A stretch of DNA of 64,000 nt, taken from Stegostoma tigrinum. Its lineage: Eukaryota. Every line of letters begins with the position of its first letter. Position 1 is the first letter of the stretch. The stretch spans positions 28,545,197 through 28,609,196 of the forward strand of contig NC_081356.1 of assembly GCF_030684315.1 (NCBI RefSeq). The letters run 5' to 3'. A program made the position numbers and the translations under genes. The notes under the pieces were generated by a model. That model searched no databases, was not told the DNA's origin, and saw nothing but the letters and a program-made list of their open reading frames with translations. Of this stretch, positions 38,295 to 51,555 are shown in pieces.

Positions 38295-40865
38295 ACTTTT
38301 GTCTCCAACTTCTTTAAGTGGCTTCAAAAAGATCCCCCTTCGGAAAAATTTGCCCCTTGCGATAATGGTGCTTTTATATCATTCACAGGAATATTTTGTA
38401 AAGACTGAAAAAATGTTTAGGCTTGCTTTTCTTGGTGTATGGGAATCGACAATAATAATTTGGACACTCAGTTTCTCTTAGAAACTCCAACCATTAGTTT
38501 GGCTTTAGCCTTGTATACTGTCAGGAAGCACTTTTTTGGTGCATATCTACCTGGGTGATAACCCTGCCTGTCCTGCGCTTCAGTGTATATATGCCAAGTT
38601 CTTTCCCACTTTCCAACACTTTGTTTGACCATTCTTTGTCAACTTAGTTTCTAAATTGTTAGTAACAACTAAACCTTGCTAATAAAGTTTTCTATTTCGT
38701 CTGGTATTCCTGACCTGTTCCATAGCCTTCGATCTGCTGAAACTGTATGCTCTACTTGCCTGCCTATCTTGTTCCAGACTACTTCAAGATCTCCCCATCC
38801 TATGATCTGAGTTCCTTTTGCCAGTCTGACATTCCCTTGGACCACTTCACATTCAGAACTTGCCCTGTCTTTCCTGGCCTTCCACATTTTTACACCATTT
38901 TACCAATCTATAGTTCTTGCCCTCTATCTGTTACCTTTTACATTTAGCCAATCCTTGTACTTGCCAATGCCTTTCCCTGCCCTCTCTGAAATGGTGACAT
39001 TCCCCATTCACTGGCTCCTTCTGGAAGTAATGTGCCACATGCTAGCAGTTGTCCAGTGAAACAAATATCCTTCATTTGTTCTTCAGTGTCACTGTATCCG
39101 TTTTGAGACAGCCTTTAATCATCAGAATCTACTCCTTGTCATTGTCGAACAAACATCTGCGCAGTTTCCAGGATGTCTCATCACTAATACTTGCTGGACT
39201 CTGCAAGTGTGTAATCAGTGCCAATTAGTTTTGAGGAATGTTCTCAACAATCAGTTTGATTGCTATCGTATCGAATGACTGTTCTTCCAACACTATCTCA
39301 AAGCTGACCCAAACTTTTCTGCTCTCACTAGCCTTCTGTTTTCTAACGTACCCTGATCCCTGGATTAATTGTTTTTGAAAAAGCATTCTATTTCTGATGA
39401 TTTTGCATGATGATGGAAAGCGTTCCAAATTTTCTGAAATCTCAGCCTTTGTGAAAACCCTTCTCTGTGCATGAAAAACATTCAGGTGCTTGTAAAAAGT
39501 GGAGCTAATTGTAATCCCTTCCCATGTGAGGGGATGATCATTTATTGCTGAAGGAATTTTTGGATTTTTCACAAAAACAAATTGATATTGATTGTAGCCC
39601 TCAACCATCTGCGGTGAGTTATTTGCATTGACTACCCATGCCAGGGCAGATGTTAGTTGAGAACTTGATTGCTAAAGTTTTATGAATCATCTATTATTGC
39701 ATGTTTTTTTTATAAACTCCATTACTAGAGGGGCTTTCTGCTGCTGTATTCATTATGACGTTGTTCATATTTTCACATATCATTGGCAAATTCCACGACT
39801 GCCAGTTAGGAATTTAGCTGGTTCCCTGTGCAATTCTTCACTATCATGCCCACAATCATCTTTCTCTTTTCTAGTTATTATTATAGACTGACTAAATGTC
39901 ATTACCAAAATCGCATTGTCATGCAGACAAATTGCTAGATGAAAATATTTGTTACCCTTATCCCATATCTTAAAGTTCATTGCTAAAACATCAATAAAAT
40001 CTCTTGCTAATGGTAGATTCACTACAAAGTGTGATGGTGTCTTTCTACATTCTTTTTACATATATCTTATGTATTGCTAATCTATCTGTAAGTTTGGTGT
40101 ATACTTCTTGGCCCTTACTCCTGCATCATTTAGTCAGAATTTTTGACCTGTGAAAATCTGGATGGGCAAACTGCCGATGTAGTATTGAAGCAATTGGCTT
40201 TTTTTTCTATATTCCTTGATGTAATGCTTCTTTAAGATGTTTATTATACAAGTTAGGTTTCATTAAAGGGAAACAATAATGAAATGAAATCTACAGTTCT
40301 TCCAAAAACAATTGCCTTGCCATGTTCCATACCTAGTTTTGTTTGAGCATTTTCTAAACAGAATGTTCACAAATAAGGTAATTCAGTTGATACCACATCT
40401 ATGCTATAATGAAGTGATTTTACATGGAATTGCTACCTTGTTCATTGACTTAGATGTATTATCATCCCTGAACCTGAAGCGTATATCATTCTCTAATTCC
40501 TTACCTTACTTTGGTCCTCATTATTTTCATAATCAGGGGAATGCATCAACTAATCAACTCCACACACTGGATACACATTCACTGTCCAACAAAGCACAGT
40601 TGAATGTATTTGCAACTATTTGTTACTGGACTGAAGCTATTTGTGACCATTGCAATTCCTCCTGCCTGATCAGTATCACCCTAAACTCCTTTTGAAACTG
40701 TTGTGTTGAATGTCACTTGGCCAAACTTGTTGTTCCATTCAGGATGACGTTTAGAGTCAATGAATGAAACACCTGTTGACCGTTCCTGCCCATTCCTGAG
40801 GTTCATTCATGTCTCATCGTTCCACAATTCCTGGCGTCTGTCATAAATACCAGAGATGTGTCTCA

Positions 40866-41323
40866 AGAACTAAGAGCAGGAGTAGGCCATCCGGCCCCTC
40901 GAGCCTGCCCCGCCATTCAATAAGATCATGGCTGATCTTTTTGAGACTCAGCTCCACTTACCCGCCCACTCACCATAACCCTTAATTCCTTTACTGTTCA
41001 AAAATCTATCTAGCCGTGCCTTAAAAACATTCAGCGAGGTAGCTTCAACCTCTTCAATGGGCAGGAATTCCACAGATTCACAACCCTTTGGGTGAAGAAG
41101 TTTCTCCTGACCTCAGTCCTACATCTGCTTCCCTTTATTTTGAGGTAATGCCCTCTAGTCCTAGTTTCACCTGCTAGCACAAACAACCTCCCTGCCTCCA
41201 CCTTATCTATTCCCTTCATGAACTTATCTATTTCTATAAGATCTCCCCTCATTCTTCTGTATTCTAATGAGTATAATCACAGTCTACTGAGTCTCTCCTC
41301 ATAATCCAACCCTGTCAACTCTG
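40866..41323 (-). mobile_element. CR1 3' fragment inserted in the Copia gag; same subfamily as 6309-7557
   Basis: EAGRLFVLAGETRTRGHYLKIKGSRCRTEVRRNFFTQ is nearly identical to ORF 7226-7486. Confidence 0.92.
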
Positions 41324-42000
41324 ATTTTATGATTTAATGATTTTATGTTTCTTCTTTCTTATTGACTCTTGTGCCCTATATCTGGATGGTCTTGATGGCC
41401 ACTGCAATTGAAAATCCTCCATTCTTTGTGTTATTTCTAATGATGCCATGGTGACATAAAAGCTGCTGGCAGTTATTGTTTCAAAGGCTTCTGACATCTT
41501 TTTCAACAGCCTGTTCTTTCTGAAAAACTAGTTCCAGATTATACCAGGACTGTCTCCACTTTTGACCCTTCATAATCCAACAGTTTAAAGGCAAACACTG
41601 AGTTAGCAATCTTCAAGTATAACTTTTGCAATCCTGAAAATAATCTGTTCAGTTCCATTCTGTAGTCTTCTGTGGAATATCTAGCCTGTTTCTGACCATG
41701 TCTCATTTCATTTAGTGCATTATCTTCTAAATTTTGTCTATAATTTTGACAGAATTTCAAAACTGACGTGTGTCCAATTGGTGTGCCTCCAACTCTGGGA
41801 ATACTTTAAATCTGATCTTACTCCTAGTAGGAAGCGAAAGTGCCAAGTTCACCTTGTTTTTTTGCGGGTGAAGATGTAATCTAATTTCACATATCCGCTT
41901 ATTTTTCTATTGATCATGAGTTTCAACTTCGCAAAACATATCCTAACATTTTATAAATGTTTTCAGCCATTTTTCTCCAAAATAACTTTGATAACAAACT

Positions 42001-42132
42001 AAAAACCAGAAGAACTGCGGATGCTGTAAATCAGGAACAAAAACAAAGTTGCTGGAAAAGCTCAGCAGGTCTGCCAGCATCTGTGGAGGAGAAAACAGAG
42101 TTAACGTTTCGGGTCCGGTGACCCTTCCTCAG
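42001..42132 (-). mobile_element. Penelope-derived family A single arm, little decayed
   Basis: aaaaaccagaagaactgcggatgctg...gctcagcaggtctg...gttaacgtttcgggtccggtgacccttcctcag; CpGs retained. Confidence 0.85.
42103..42132 (-). ncRNA. Minimal type I hammerhead ribozyme core (family A)
   Basis: Minus strand reads CTGAGGA-A-GGGTC.ACCG.GACCC-GAAA-CG-TT, then AACTC. Stem II is a perfect 5 bp. The 5' arm of stem I is lost at the element end. Confidence 0.65.
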
Positions 42133-42789
42133 ATGACAAACTTCTGTTTGAAACAAACCTTTGTTTCCGATGACCACCTTTAGGCTTACTATTGGTGGAC
42201 TCTAAGCCAATTGGAGAGATTGAAATCCAGGCACAGATATTTTCCTTTGTGAACATTTTATTGACTTCCTCAGCCGTACCTGTCTCAATCCACCCTCCAT
42301 GTTACTGGACCCCTTTATACACATGTACTGGACAACTAATAGCCAGCACTTATTATTTCTTCACCTGAAACAAAAATGTTTACAAACTTAACAATGTGAT
42401 CAACCAGACATTGACAGAAATATCTCTTCAATGCCTATCATATCAAACCCTTTAGTAATTTTAAACATTGGTTATCTTTAGCCCTCTCTTCAACCTATAT
42501 GGGTCAAATGCTTCTTTGATATTTAATCAAACGATAGATCTCTTGATTCCAAGTAATTTATTGCATTGACTGAAAGCTTCCAAAACATTCTGTTGCTGTA
42601 GAAATATTATCTCAAATTGCCAGGAGTTTAACTGTATATAAATAAAGCCATAAATATTAATTTCCGCAAAAGATCAATTGTGAATTTTAAAGTAAAATAA
42701 AGTACTCCTATAGGCAATGTAGTGCACTTATTTTCTTTTGATATGTCCCTGCTCCTGGTAAAACTTCCCTAATTAGAGTGAACAGTATT

Positions 42790-45700
42790 TTAATTGCCCA
42801 GATCTCAAGAGACAGTCCAAATGAAAGAACAATTGTGAAATGCTGGAAAATCTTCTAATGACTGTCCAAAGTCCAGCCCCACGAAAAGGTGAGCAGAAAT
42901 CTGGAGCTGTGTCCTGTAAAAGATTGAGGCTGGAAATCAGTTGAAAATTTCAGAACTGAGATTAATAGATTGCTGTTAAGCAAGAAGATTAAGATGGTGG
43001 TAGACCCAGTAATGAAGCAGGTGATGACGACAAAATGACAGAAATATTAATAATCGCTTTGCCACAACATTCTCAAGGGAAACTAATGTGCTGGAAGAGA
43101 TAAAAAAGAATTCAGTGGAAAAAGAGATGATGTGAAAATTTTTTGCCTTCACGTGTGAGGTGTGAGCATTTGAAACTTGACATTCTTGCATTTGTTCTGA
43201 TGAGTGCAAGATGATAAGCTTTGGCAACATGATCCTCTGTTCAGCAGAATTAAGATCATAAAAAATATAAATATTTATAAAATAGAAAGGAAAGCGATCA
43301 TTGCTGGATGAATCAAACTTGGAGGATAAAAGTTAACAAAGTGTGAAGCTGGATGAACTCAGCAGGCCAAGCAGCATCTCAGGAGCACAAAAGCTGACAT
43401 TTCGGGAGAAAAGTGCCTGATCCAGAAAGATTGCATCATGTCTAATGATGCGCGAATAGCATGAAAAGAAGTGATTTTTCACAGAGTTTGCTGCAGAACC
43501 GTTATGCTCACCAGTTACGTTGTTGATTTAGACTCAGAAGTCAGAGATACAATTTCAAAATTTGAGAGAAGAAAGAAGGATATGAGAGGGTGAGTTAAGG
43601 TGGGGTGGAAGGCAGCTAGCCTTGATATGATAGCACTCTTTCTGTGCTGTAAATGCTTTGTAGCTGACATGAGTAGACATTTAAGATACTGACCAGCCAG
43701 AATCTCAATGGATGGTTAAATGGTCTCAAGGGAATGAATGACTGCCTCCTGTTCCAATGTTTCGGACGCGTCACTGTAGTGAAAACAATAATTCTGTCCC
43801 TTTCTCCTCAGATGCTGTTTCTCTGATATTTTATGTTTTGGTTTTGGATTTCCAACACTATTTATGCCTGTCGTATTGGTTTCATCAGAATTTAAGGCTA
43901 TAGCAGGACAGATTTTCACTTTATCGCCCAATTTTAAAACTTGCATCACATACATTACAGAAAGTACAATTTTCAGTTCTGTTTGCTCAGGGAAGCTGGG
44001 CTGGCTCTTCTTAGAGCAAGCAGGTCAGGGGAGGTTGAATTGAGGTGTTCAAAATTCTGAATTGAAAGGCATTGTTTCCACTGACAGAAGGACTGTTGTT
44101 GGTAAAGGAATTAAAGCGGAGTTCTAAATGCCAGTACAATTAATGAAGGGATTATAAAAGGAGATTCAATAGAAACTTTCAAAAAGTGGAGAGGATAAAT
44201 AAGCGAAGATCAGAAAATTGCACGCTGGTTGAGATAAATTGGATAACTTTCAAAGAGCCATCTCAGGCACAGTGAGTTGAATGCCCACCTTCTGTGCTGA
44301 GTCATTCTTATTAGAACCCATGGAAAACCTTTTCCATTTTAATCTGACTTCCCCTCCTTGTTCTTGTATGTTAAATTACCGAGTAATGGTGCTCTGTTAA
44401 TCATCATTCATGGAGTCCAGGTTACTGTGGAAATATGTATTTTTACATGCATGTTGGAGCCTGGAGTAATGAGTACTGATGCTAGAGACTCCACATTGCT
44501 TCCCATAACATCACTGACCAGGAATCTCTCCTTTGGTTACTACCTGCCAGTTGTGAGTTACAAGTTGACACTCAATCTGTTTCCATGTGTAATGAAGGCA
44601 TCTTCCTTGGCCATCAAGTCTGGGATAGGAATTTACCCTGAGCTTCTGGATCAGAGGCAGGGTCACTACCCATTACATCACAGAACCATCAAACTACTGA
44701 TTGGAAAATCTACATTTTTTACAGCAAAGTAAATATATCTTATTATCAGATTGTTATGACTATTAAATGATCCACTTTATTGTTTTTTCAGGTCACTATA
44801 TGTATGTTGATGCTATCTACACCACAAGTTTACATGAAGTTGCTCAGTTAATGTCACCGGTGACAACTTCTGCCCTGCTGGGATGCCTGTCCTTCTTTTA
44901 CCAACTGGAACAGACTCAATCCAACTTATTTGTCGTTTATACAAAGGACAGAATGGGACATTATGAGGAGGTGTGGAGGGCAAATAAATCTACACACAGT
45001 TGGACCTTGGTAAAAGTGAATATTAAAGCAGCGCATCCATTTCAGGTAAACATTTCTGTTGTACAATAATAATTTGTATGGCATCGCAAATCAAACCATG
45101 AAACAGTGGTCGTCAAAAGACATTTAGGAGTACAGGTTGATTAATCATTAGAATGAAATAAAATAGGTAAATCAACAGGTATTGAAAATAATCCAGGAAA
45201 AACTAATGGAATGCTGGCCATTATGCTAGGGAAATTGGATACAAGGGGATAGAAGTTATACTTCTGCTATAGCAAGTCCTGGTTGGGCCACACCTTCTGT
45301 ATGTAGGCTGTTCTGGATATCACATAAGTTGAAGAACATGTTGGACTTGAGGGAAGTACCATGTTGATTTACCAAAATGATATCTGGCCTCCAAACAACA
45401 TTGAGATATTAAACAACAGCAGCATCAACAGCTCCTTGTATTTTGATACAGAGATACTGCCTTCAGCACCATGGAGCATTCCAAACTATTTCACATGTGC
45501 TTCCATGAGCATTGTGAAACAGAGAATGATACTGAGCTACATGGGATATTGGGCTGGATTTTCACAGAGCTTGGGAAGTTCCATGGGATACAAACCAGAG
45601 ATATATTGGAATGATCAAGCCTAGGATTAGCGAAGTCATGGATAAGGGTTTCAATAGCATATGAACAGAGATGGGTGAAATTGGGTGATGTTACAGTGGC

Positions 45701-46490
45701 AATAGTAGGCAGTCTTGGATGTGACATGAATAGGAGATGAAAAACTCATCTTGCGATCAACCAGATCATTGCCAAAGAAAGAGATAGAGTCTGTAGAATT
45801 CTACTCCCAGATTTCATAATAATTACAAGGATACCTAAATTGCCAGAAATTAGAGGTTCTGTGTTTAATGGAAAGATTGAAAAGGCTGTAGTGTCCTGAT
45901 AAGATGCCTTTTAGTATCTTACAGGTAAAGTTTTAATTGAGAAAGATTTACATAGGATCAAAGTTAATTTGGGTTGATTTGGTTGCAGCAAGGTGAGATT
46001 GATGATGAGAATGTAGTTCAGGATAACAGCAGGGAATGGTAAAATCCCCATTCCCTCTGAGATAGAATTAGGTCCTTCTTCACAGAAAATAATCACAGCA
46101 CAAGCTGTGGTTCAGCAACGTTCAAATAATCAAGGATTCTACTGGAGGTGAAGAAGGGGTAATTGGATCAAAGTTTAAGGTATTAAGGGCAACGTCTTGT
46201 TAGAGAGAAAGTATTTCTGTTAGTTGGGGAATCTAGTACTAGAGGGCAGAGTCTAAAAATTAGAGCTGAATTTTTCAGGAGTGAAATTAGGAAACTCCTT
46301 GACACAAGGGTTGGTAGAAAGTTGAAACTCTCAATCACAAATAAAAGCTGAAATGAGCTCATTTGTTAATTTTAAATCTGAGGTTGATAGATATTTGTCA
46401 GCCCAAGGTATTAATGGATTGGAGCAAAAGAGTTAGGTTTCATTAAATGATGAATGATCTTGAGGGGTAAAACTGTTTTGTCTTGTTCCT
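42790..46490. mobile_element. Scattered old CR1/L2/SINE remnants around the 44792 exon (CR1 3' ends at about 42790-43030, 43990-44310, 45190-45370, 46200-46490; SINE at about 44440-44690; L2-like at about 45420-45790)
   Basis: Recognisable CR1 3' motifs (tagtactagagggcagagtctaaaa, ttctgtgctg tails). Highly decayed. Confidence 0.5.
44792..45045 (+). CDS. mamdc2: mamdc2 internal coding exon (MAM2 core), 254 nt, phase 1-0
   Basis: Acceptor ttgttttttcAG, donor GTaaac. Translates (G)HYMYVDAIYTTSLHEVAQLMSPVTTSALLGCLSFFYQ...YEEVWRA...AAHPFQ (cf. GHYMYVDSVY...EVAQLISPLTT...GCLSFYYQ). Confidence 0.96.
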
Positions 46491-48148
46491 TGTTCACGCA
46501 GCCGATTCCAGCTTTCCATTAAGCATAGAACCTCTCAGTTCAGACAACATCCGTGTAATCCTTATTTTTTGCACCTTAATTAATGTTTGTATATCTTTTT
46601 AGGCTAATGCAGAACAGATCTGTGCAGAGAACTCCAAGTGCTGCCTCACTAAGTTTCTATACATGATAACTTCTTCAAAATTGGCATAAATAAGATATGA
46701 AGCGATCATAAGATATTACAAAGGGTTCCATAACAAGTATGACCTATTTGTTCCATAAAAAGTATTAATTTATTGTTCTCTTTCTGATGTACTATTTTGG
46801 GATTTTGCTTTTTTCTTTCAAATTTATAGTCATTAGGATTCTTTTTATATGTTTACTTTCCTATCATTTTTTAACATCCAAAAAGGTATTTTGAGCTCCT
46901 TCATTTTCTGCCTTGAAATGCTTAACTGGCAAAACGTGATTTTTTTTTTCTCTTTCACTCTCTGGAATGTGTTGGGATGTCTGCACAGTTAATGCGTGAG
47001 AGAAACCATCTGGTGTCTCAGGCAGTTACTAGTACAGTCATATATAGATATGTTCACATGTCAAGCTTTTCAGCAAAAGAAAATAAAGCACTGAGGGAGA
47101 TTTTTAGATCATGAACTCAGTGTTTCCATAATGAGGGATAGATTTGGATGGACTGCTTGGGATGACTAAAATGGAACAATTCAGAAAGGAGCTCTTTCCA
47201 GAAATGTTGGTTGCTTCTAAAGACTTTCCCATTCAAGCGGAGCTGTTTGTAATGGATATTCTGAAGCGACAGTTTGTTTACGTGGGAATGGAAAGAGCTT
47301 CAATTTGATTTCATTCGGGAAAATACAATAATATCAAGTGGCTGCGCTGATTGAAATCTATCAATTTTGTCCGCAGGAGTGAGCTTTCACCCATACGTTC
47401 ATGTTTCATTGTGATAACTACTGTTAGTGACTGCACTAATTTAATGCCAATGGCAAAGATGGGGCCTCCAGTCACATGAAATTGTGGAGTTTTACTGAAT
47501 AGGAGGAGCCCGTTTGTATGTGTCTGGCTCTCTGATGGAGTTACACACTTAATCCTCTTCCCTTATGCATTGCATGTGCATTTTGTTGTACAAATATTTG
47601 TTCTCTTCCCTTTTAAAAGCGATTATATAGAGCACTCGATAGCCTCACAACACTCTCCAAGCATAAATTTACACATTTATCTTATAATAACCCCTCATTA
47701 GTTTTAAACATTGTTTTTTGCTTCTCTAGTGTCATTTTAAAAAACTTCAATTTATTTAGGATTCTCATCTGATAACAAAAATCTCTTTTCTCTTGTGTTA
47801 CCTTTCTGAATGTCTTCTGCACCCTCTCCATGTAGCTCAATATCTTGATAACTTTCCTAATTTAAGCTACTCTCAACTGGATATGACAGCTCCTGGAGCA
47901 AATTGGGAATGGTAGACACAGAGGTGTTGTGGTAGCTATATGTTTGAGCATTTGAAAGATGGGATGGTTTGGGACAGGAAATGGAGAGGACAAATGTAAT
48001 GAGAGGTAGAAGCAATGTTCATTGTGTCAAAACGATACATGAACTGGTGTGCCAAAACTGAGGGAGCCATTTTGGCTAATGTCAGGGTGGGGGAGGATGG
48101 ATGAAAAACCTTTGTGAAGGGAGCTGGAGATAACACAGATGGAACGTT

Positions 48149-48661
48149 TAGAACATAGAACATAGAACAATACAGCGCAGAACAGGCCCTTCGGCCCTCA
48201 GTGATGCACCGACCTGTGAACTAATCTGAGCCCATCCCCCTACACTATCCCATCATCATCCATATGCTTATCCAAGGACTGTTTAAATGCCCCTAATGTG
48301 GCTGAGTTAATTACATTGGCAGGCAGGGCGTTCCACGCCCTCACCACTCTGAGTAAAGAACCCGCCTCTGACATCTGTCTTAAATCTATCACCCCTCAGT
48401 TTGTAGCTATGTCCCCTTGTACAAGCTGACGTCATCATCCTCAGAAAAAGACTCTCACTGTCCTCCCTATCTAATCCTCTGATCATCTTGTATGTCTCTA
48501 TTAAATCCCCTCTTAGCCTTCTTCTCTCCAATGAGAACAGACCCAAGTCCCTCAGCCTTTCTTCATAAGGCCTTTGCTCCAGACCAGGCAACATCCTGGT
48601 AAATCTCCTCTGCACCTTTTCCAATGCTTCCACATCCTTCCTGTAATGGGGCGACCAGAAC
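48149..48661 (-). mobile_element. Young 5'-truncated CR1/HER1 copy (513 bp), twin of 26271-26785
   Basis: Same TAGAACATAGAACATAGAACAATACAG tail; FWSPHYRKDVEALEKVQRRFTRMLPG...TRGHSYKL. Confidence 0.95.
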
Positions 48662-49004
48662 AGCATGCGTTTCAGGAGAGACTCAAAGTAGAGGTACAGA
48701 GCAAGATCGTGCAGCTGAATAGATAGACTTACATATTTGGTTTGAAGAACCCCATTGATTCCCCACATTTTAGTGAAGGTAAGAACAAAATAGGCAAAGA
48801 AAGAAGCTCCAGAAGAGTGTTACACAGAAAAGAGGTCTTGGGTAGTCCTGGTTTCTCATACACGTGGAACATTTGGGAAGTTTTAGCAGAGTATGATGCA
48901 CAGTAATACTTGTCATGTATGTGAAAATTGAGATAGAAATATAATAAATTAATGGACATATTGTCAGATGCAGACATAAAACTTTATAGCATTCTAACTT
49001 AGTT

Positions 49005-51270
49005 ATAGAATGATAGAAAGACCGCTCAGCCCATCTTGCCAAGACTTGCTGTTTGAAGGAGCTATCCAGTTGGAATCATTCCCTTGTTCTTTCCCCAGAG
49101 TCCAATTTTATCCAACTTATTTATTTATCCAATTTCCTCTTGAATGTTATCATTGAATCTGCTTCCACTTCTTCTTAAGGCAACATGTTCCAGATCATAA
49201 CAAACTTATTGTGAGAAAGAGAAAACATTCCTTCGGGTTCTATTGCCAATTTCCTGAAATCTGTGTCCTTTATCAACCCTTCTATTAAAGGAAACAGTTT
49301 CTCTTATTTTCCATCTCAATCAGACAATTTGAACACATCTATCAAATCACCTCTTTACTTTCTCTTCTCCAACAAGAACAATCCCATCTCCACATTCTCC
49401 AAGGAACTGATATCCCTCATTCCTGGTAGTAAAAGTTTAAGGGAGGGAGGGTGGTAACTTTTCCTTGAAAGAATGGCGAGAGTGGGTGACTTTGATTTGG
49501 GGGAAAGAACATAGGAATGTAGGAAAAGGAGTAGGCCACTCAGCCCATTGACCCTTATCTGCTATTCAATAGAATCATGGCTGATTTGTGGCCTAATTTC
49601 ACATGCCTTGATATTCTCGCTTAACAAAAATTTGCCAATCTCAGATTTAAATTTAACAATTTAATTAGCATTGACCACTGTTTGAGAGGGAGAGTTCCGA
49701 TCATTCACTACTGTTTGCATGCAGTAGTACTTTCAAGCATGTCTCTTGAATGGCCAGGCCCTAATTCTTAGACGGTGTCCCCAGGTTCTAGAATCTACAG
49801 CTAGTGGAAATAATTTATCTTTATCTATCCTGTCTTGTCAATATCCTGAAGACTTTAATTACATCACCCCTTAACCTTCTAAATTCAAGAGAATAAAGGC
49901 TTAAATTTATATAATCTCTCCTCATTACTTAATCCCAGAAGTTTAGGTACCATACTTGTAAATCTGCATTGAACCTCCAAGGTTAAAACATCCTTCCTAA
50001 GATGTGGTAACTAGATCTGTTCAAAGTCCTCCCAATGAGGTCTAACAAGGGTTCTGTATAACTGCAGCATATCGTCTTCATCCTTATACTCCAGACTTTT
50101 AGATGTAAAGGCCAGCATTCCATTAGCCTTTTTGACTATTTTCTGAACCTGTTCATGGCATCACCCAAATCTCATTGGATATCCACTGTATGTAATTTTT
50201 TGTCTTCTAGAACAAGTAGTCTGATTTATTTATTTTTGGTCTGAAATGGATAATCTCACACTTGCTTATATTAAAATCCATCGGCCACAGCTTTGCTCAT
50301 TTACCTAATCCATTGTTGTAATTTTATGCCTTCATCAAAACTGCCTATAATGCTGCTCAATTTTGTGTCATCAGCAAATTTGGATATTTGACTTTTTACG
50401 CCATTATCCAAGTCACTAATGAATATTGTGAATAATTGAGGCCCCAGCACATATCCCTGTGGAACACTACTAGTCACATCCTGCTAATTTGTTTATTTAC
50501 CCATTATTCCAACTCTGTTTCTTGCCACTGAATGAAGTTCCAATTCATGGTAGTAATTTGCCCTTAATTCTGTGGTCTTTCACCTGAGCTAACAGTATGA
50601 TGTGTGGGACTTTATCAGAATTCTTCTGGAAGCCCATATAAATAACATTCACTGACAGCTTTTATCCACCAGTTTTGTCACCTCTTCAAAAAACTCTGAG
50701 ATTTGTGAACTATTAAGTACTAATTATTAATTTTTTGCCGGTATTTTCCTATTTTTGAGCTTTTTAAAAAAGATTTTGTGAAATTTCCCTGCTGCCTTGG
50801 ATTTATTTGATTGTTTCTTCTCCCTTTCCATTTTTCAGTCAGCCTCTTCACTCTACGGTCACTGCTTCCTGGATATTTACCTGCTCTTGCATTTAACCTC
50901 TTCGTTCCACTTTGCAGATTACAGAATTGTTACAGTGCAGAGAGAGGTCATTAGCCCATCATGTCTGCACCGGTTCTTGGAGTACTCAACTTTAATCTCC
51001 TGACCTCCTCCCACAACCCTGCACATTGTTTCTCTCTAAATAATCACATAGTGCTCTCTTGAATAGCTCAATTGAACCAATGTCTACCACTTTTCCAGGC
51101 AGTGCATTTTATACTCAAACTACTTGCTGTGTGAAAAAAATATTTTCTTATCTTGCATTTATGTTTTTTTTGAAAACCATTTTTTAATTAAACCCTCTGT
51201 CCTCAACCTATTTACAAGTGGAAACCATTTCTCCCTGTCTGTACAAACCCTTATGATTTCAAAGCATTGC
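49005..51270 (-). mobile_element. Three decayed CR1 fragments (about 49005-49430, 49505-50710, 50915-51270)
   Basis: Repeated 3' tails; gtgtcatcagcaaatttgga (reverse complement of SKFADDT); ccctgtggaacac (reverse complement of VPQG). Confidence 0.75.
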
Positions 51271-51364
51271 AACAACAATTTACATTTAGATAGCACCACA
51301 GCTAACTGTCTTCAAGTGCTCTTCAGGAGCAACTATCAAATGACATCCAAACGAGGCCAAAGAA

Positions 51365-51555
51365 ATGCAATTTGGGTGAATTGGCCTCGTCAAATTGTCC
51401 CATGGTGTCCAGGGATGTGTAAATTAAGTGGATTAGCCTTGGGATATGCAGGGTTACGGGGTTGGGGTGGGTCTGGATGGGATGCTGTCAGGGAGTTGGT
51501 GTGGTCTTGATGGACTGAATGGCCTGCTTCCACACTGTAAGGACTCTACGATTCT
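51365..51555 (+). mobile_element. HE1-type SINE 3' half
   Basis: gggtgaattggcc...aaattgtcc...tggactgaatggcctgcttccacactgtaagg. Confidence 0.7.

Larger units (their letters stand above)
32337..42430 (-). mobile_element. Full-length fossil Ty1/Copia (GalEa-like) LTR retrotransposon with nested insertions
   Basis: Minus-strand order: LTR 42193-42430; gag from ATG 41970 (LALSLPTRSKIR, VFAFKLLD); protease NCALLDSECVS (about 40600); integrase LHRQFAHP...LPLARDF (40200-39230); RT KAKAKLMV, YGVND, HTDDFL, TRSD (38640-37260); RNase H IDASHPGLPDG...RVVKST (33920-33650) and QLSDYFTKR (about 33080); LTR about 32337-32580. Confidence 0.85.

Noticed and set aside
42170-42192. tRNA-Met primer-binding site for the Copia element
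   Set aside because: The position is right, but the sequence is too decayed to call.
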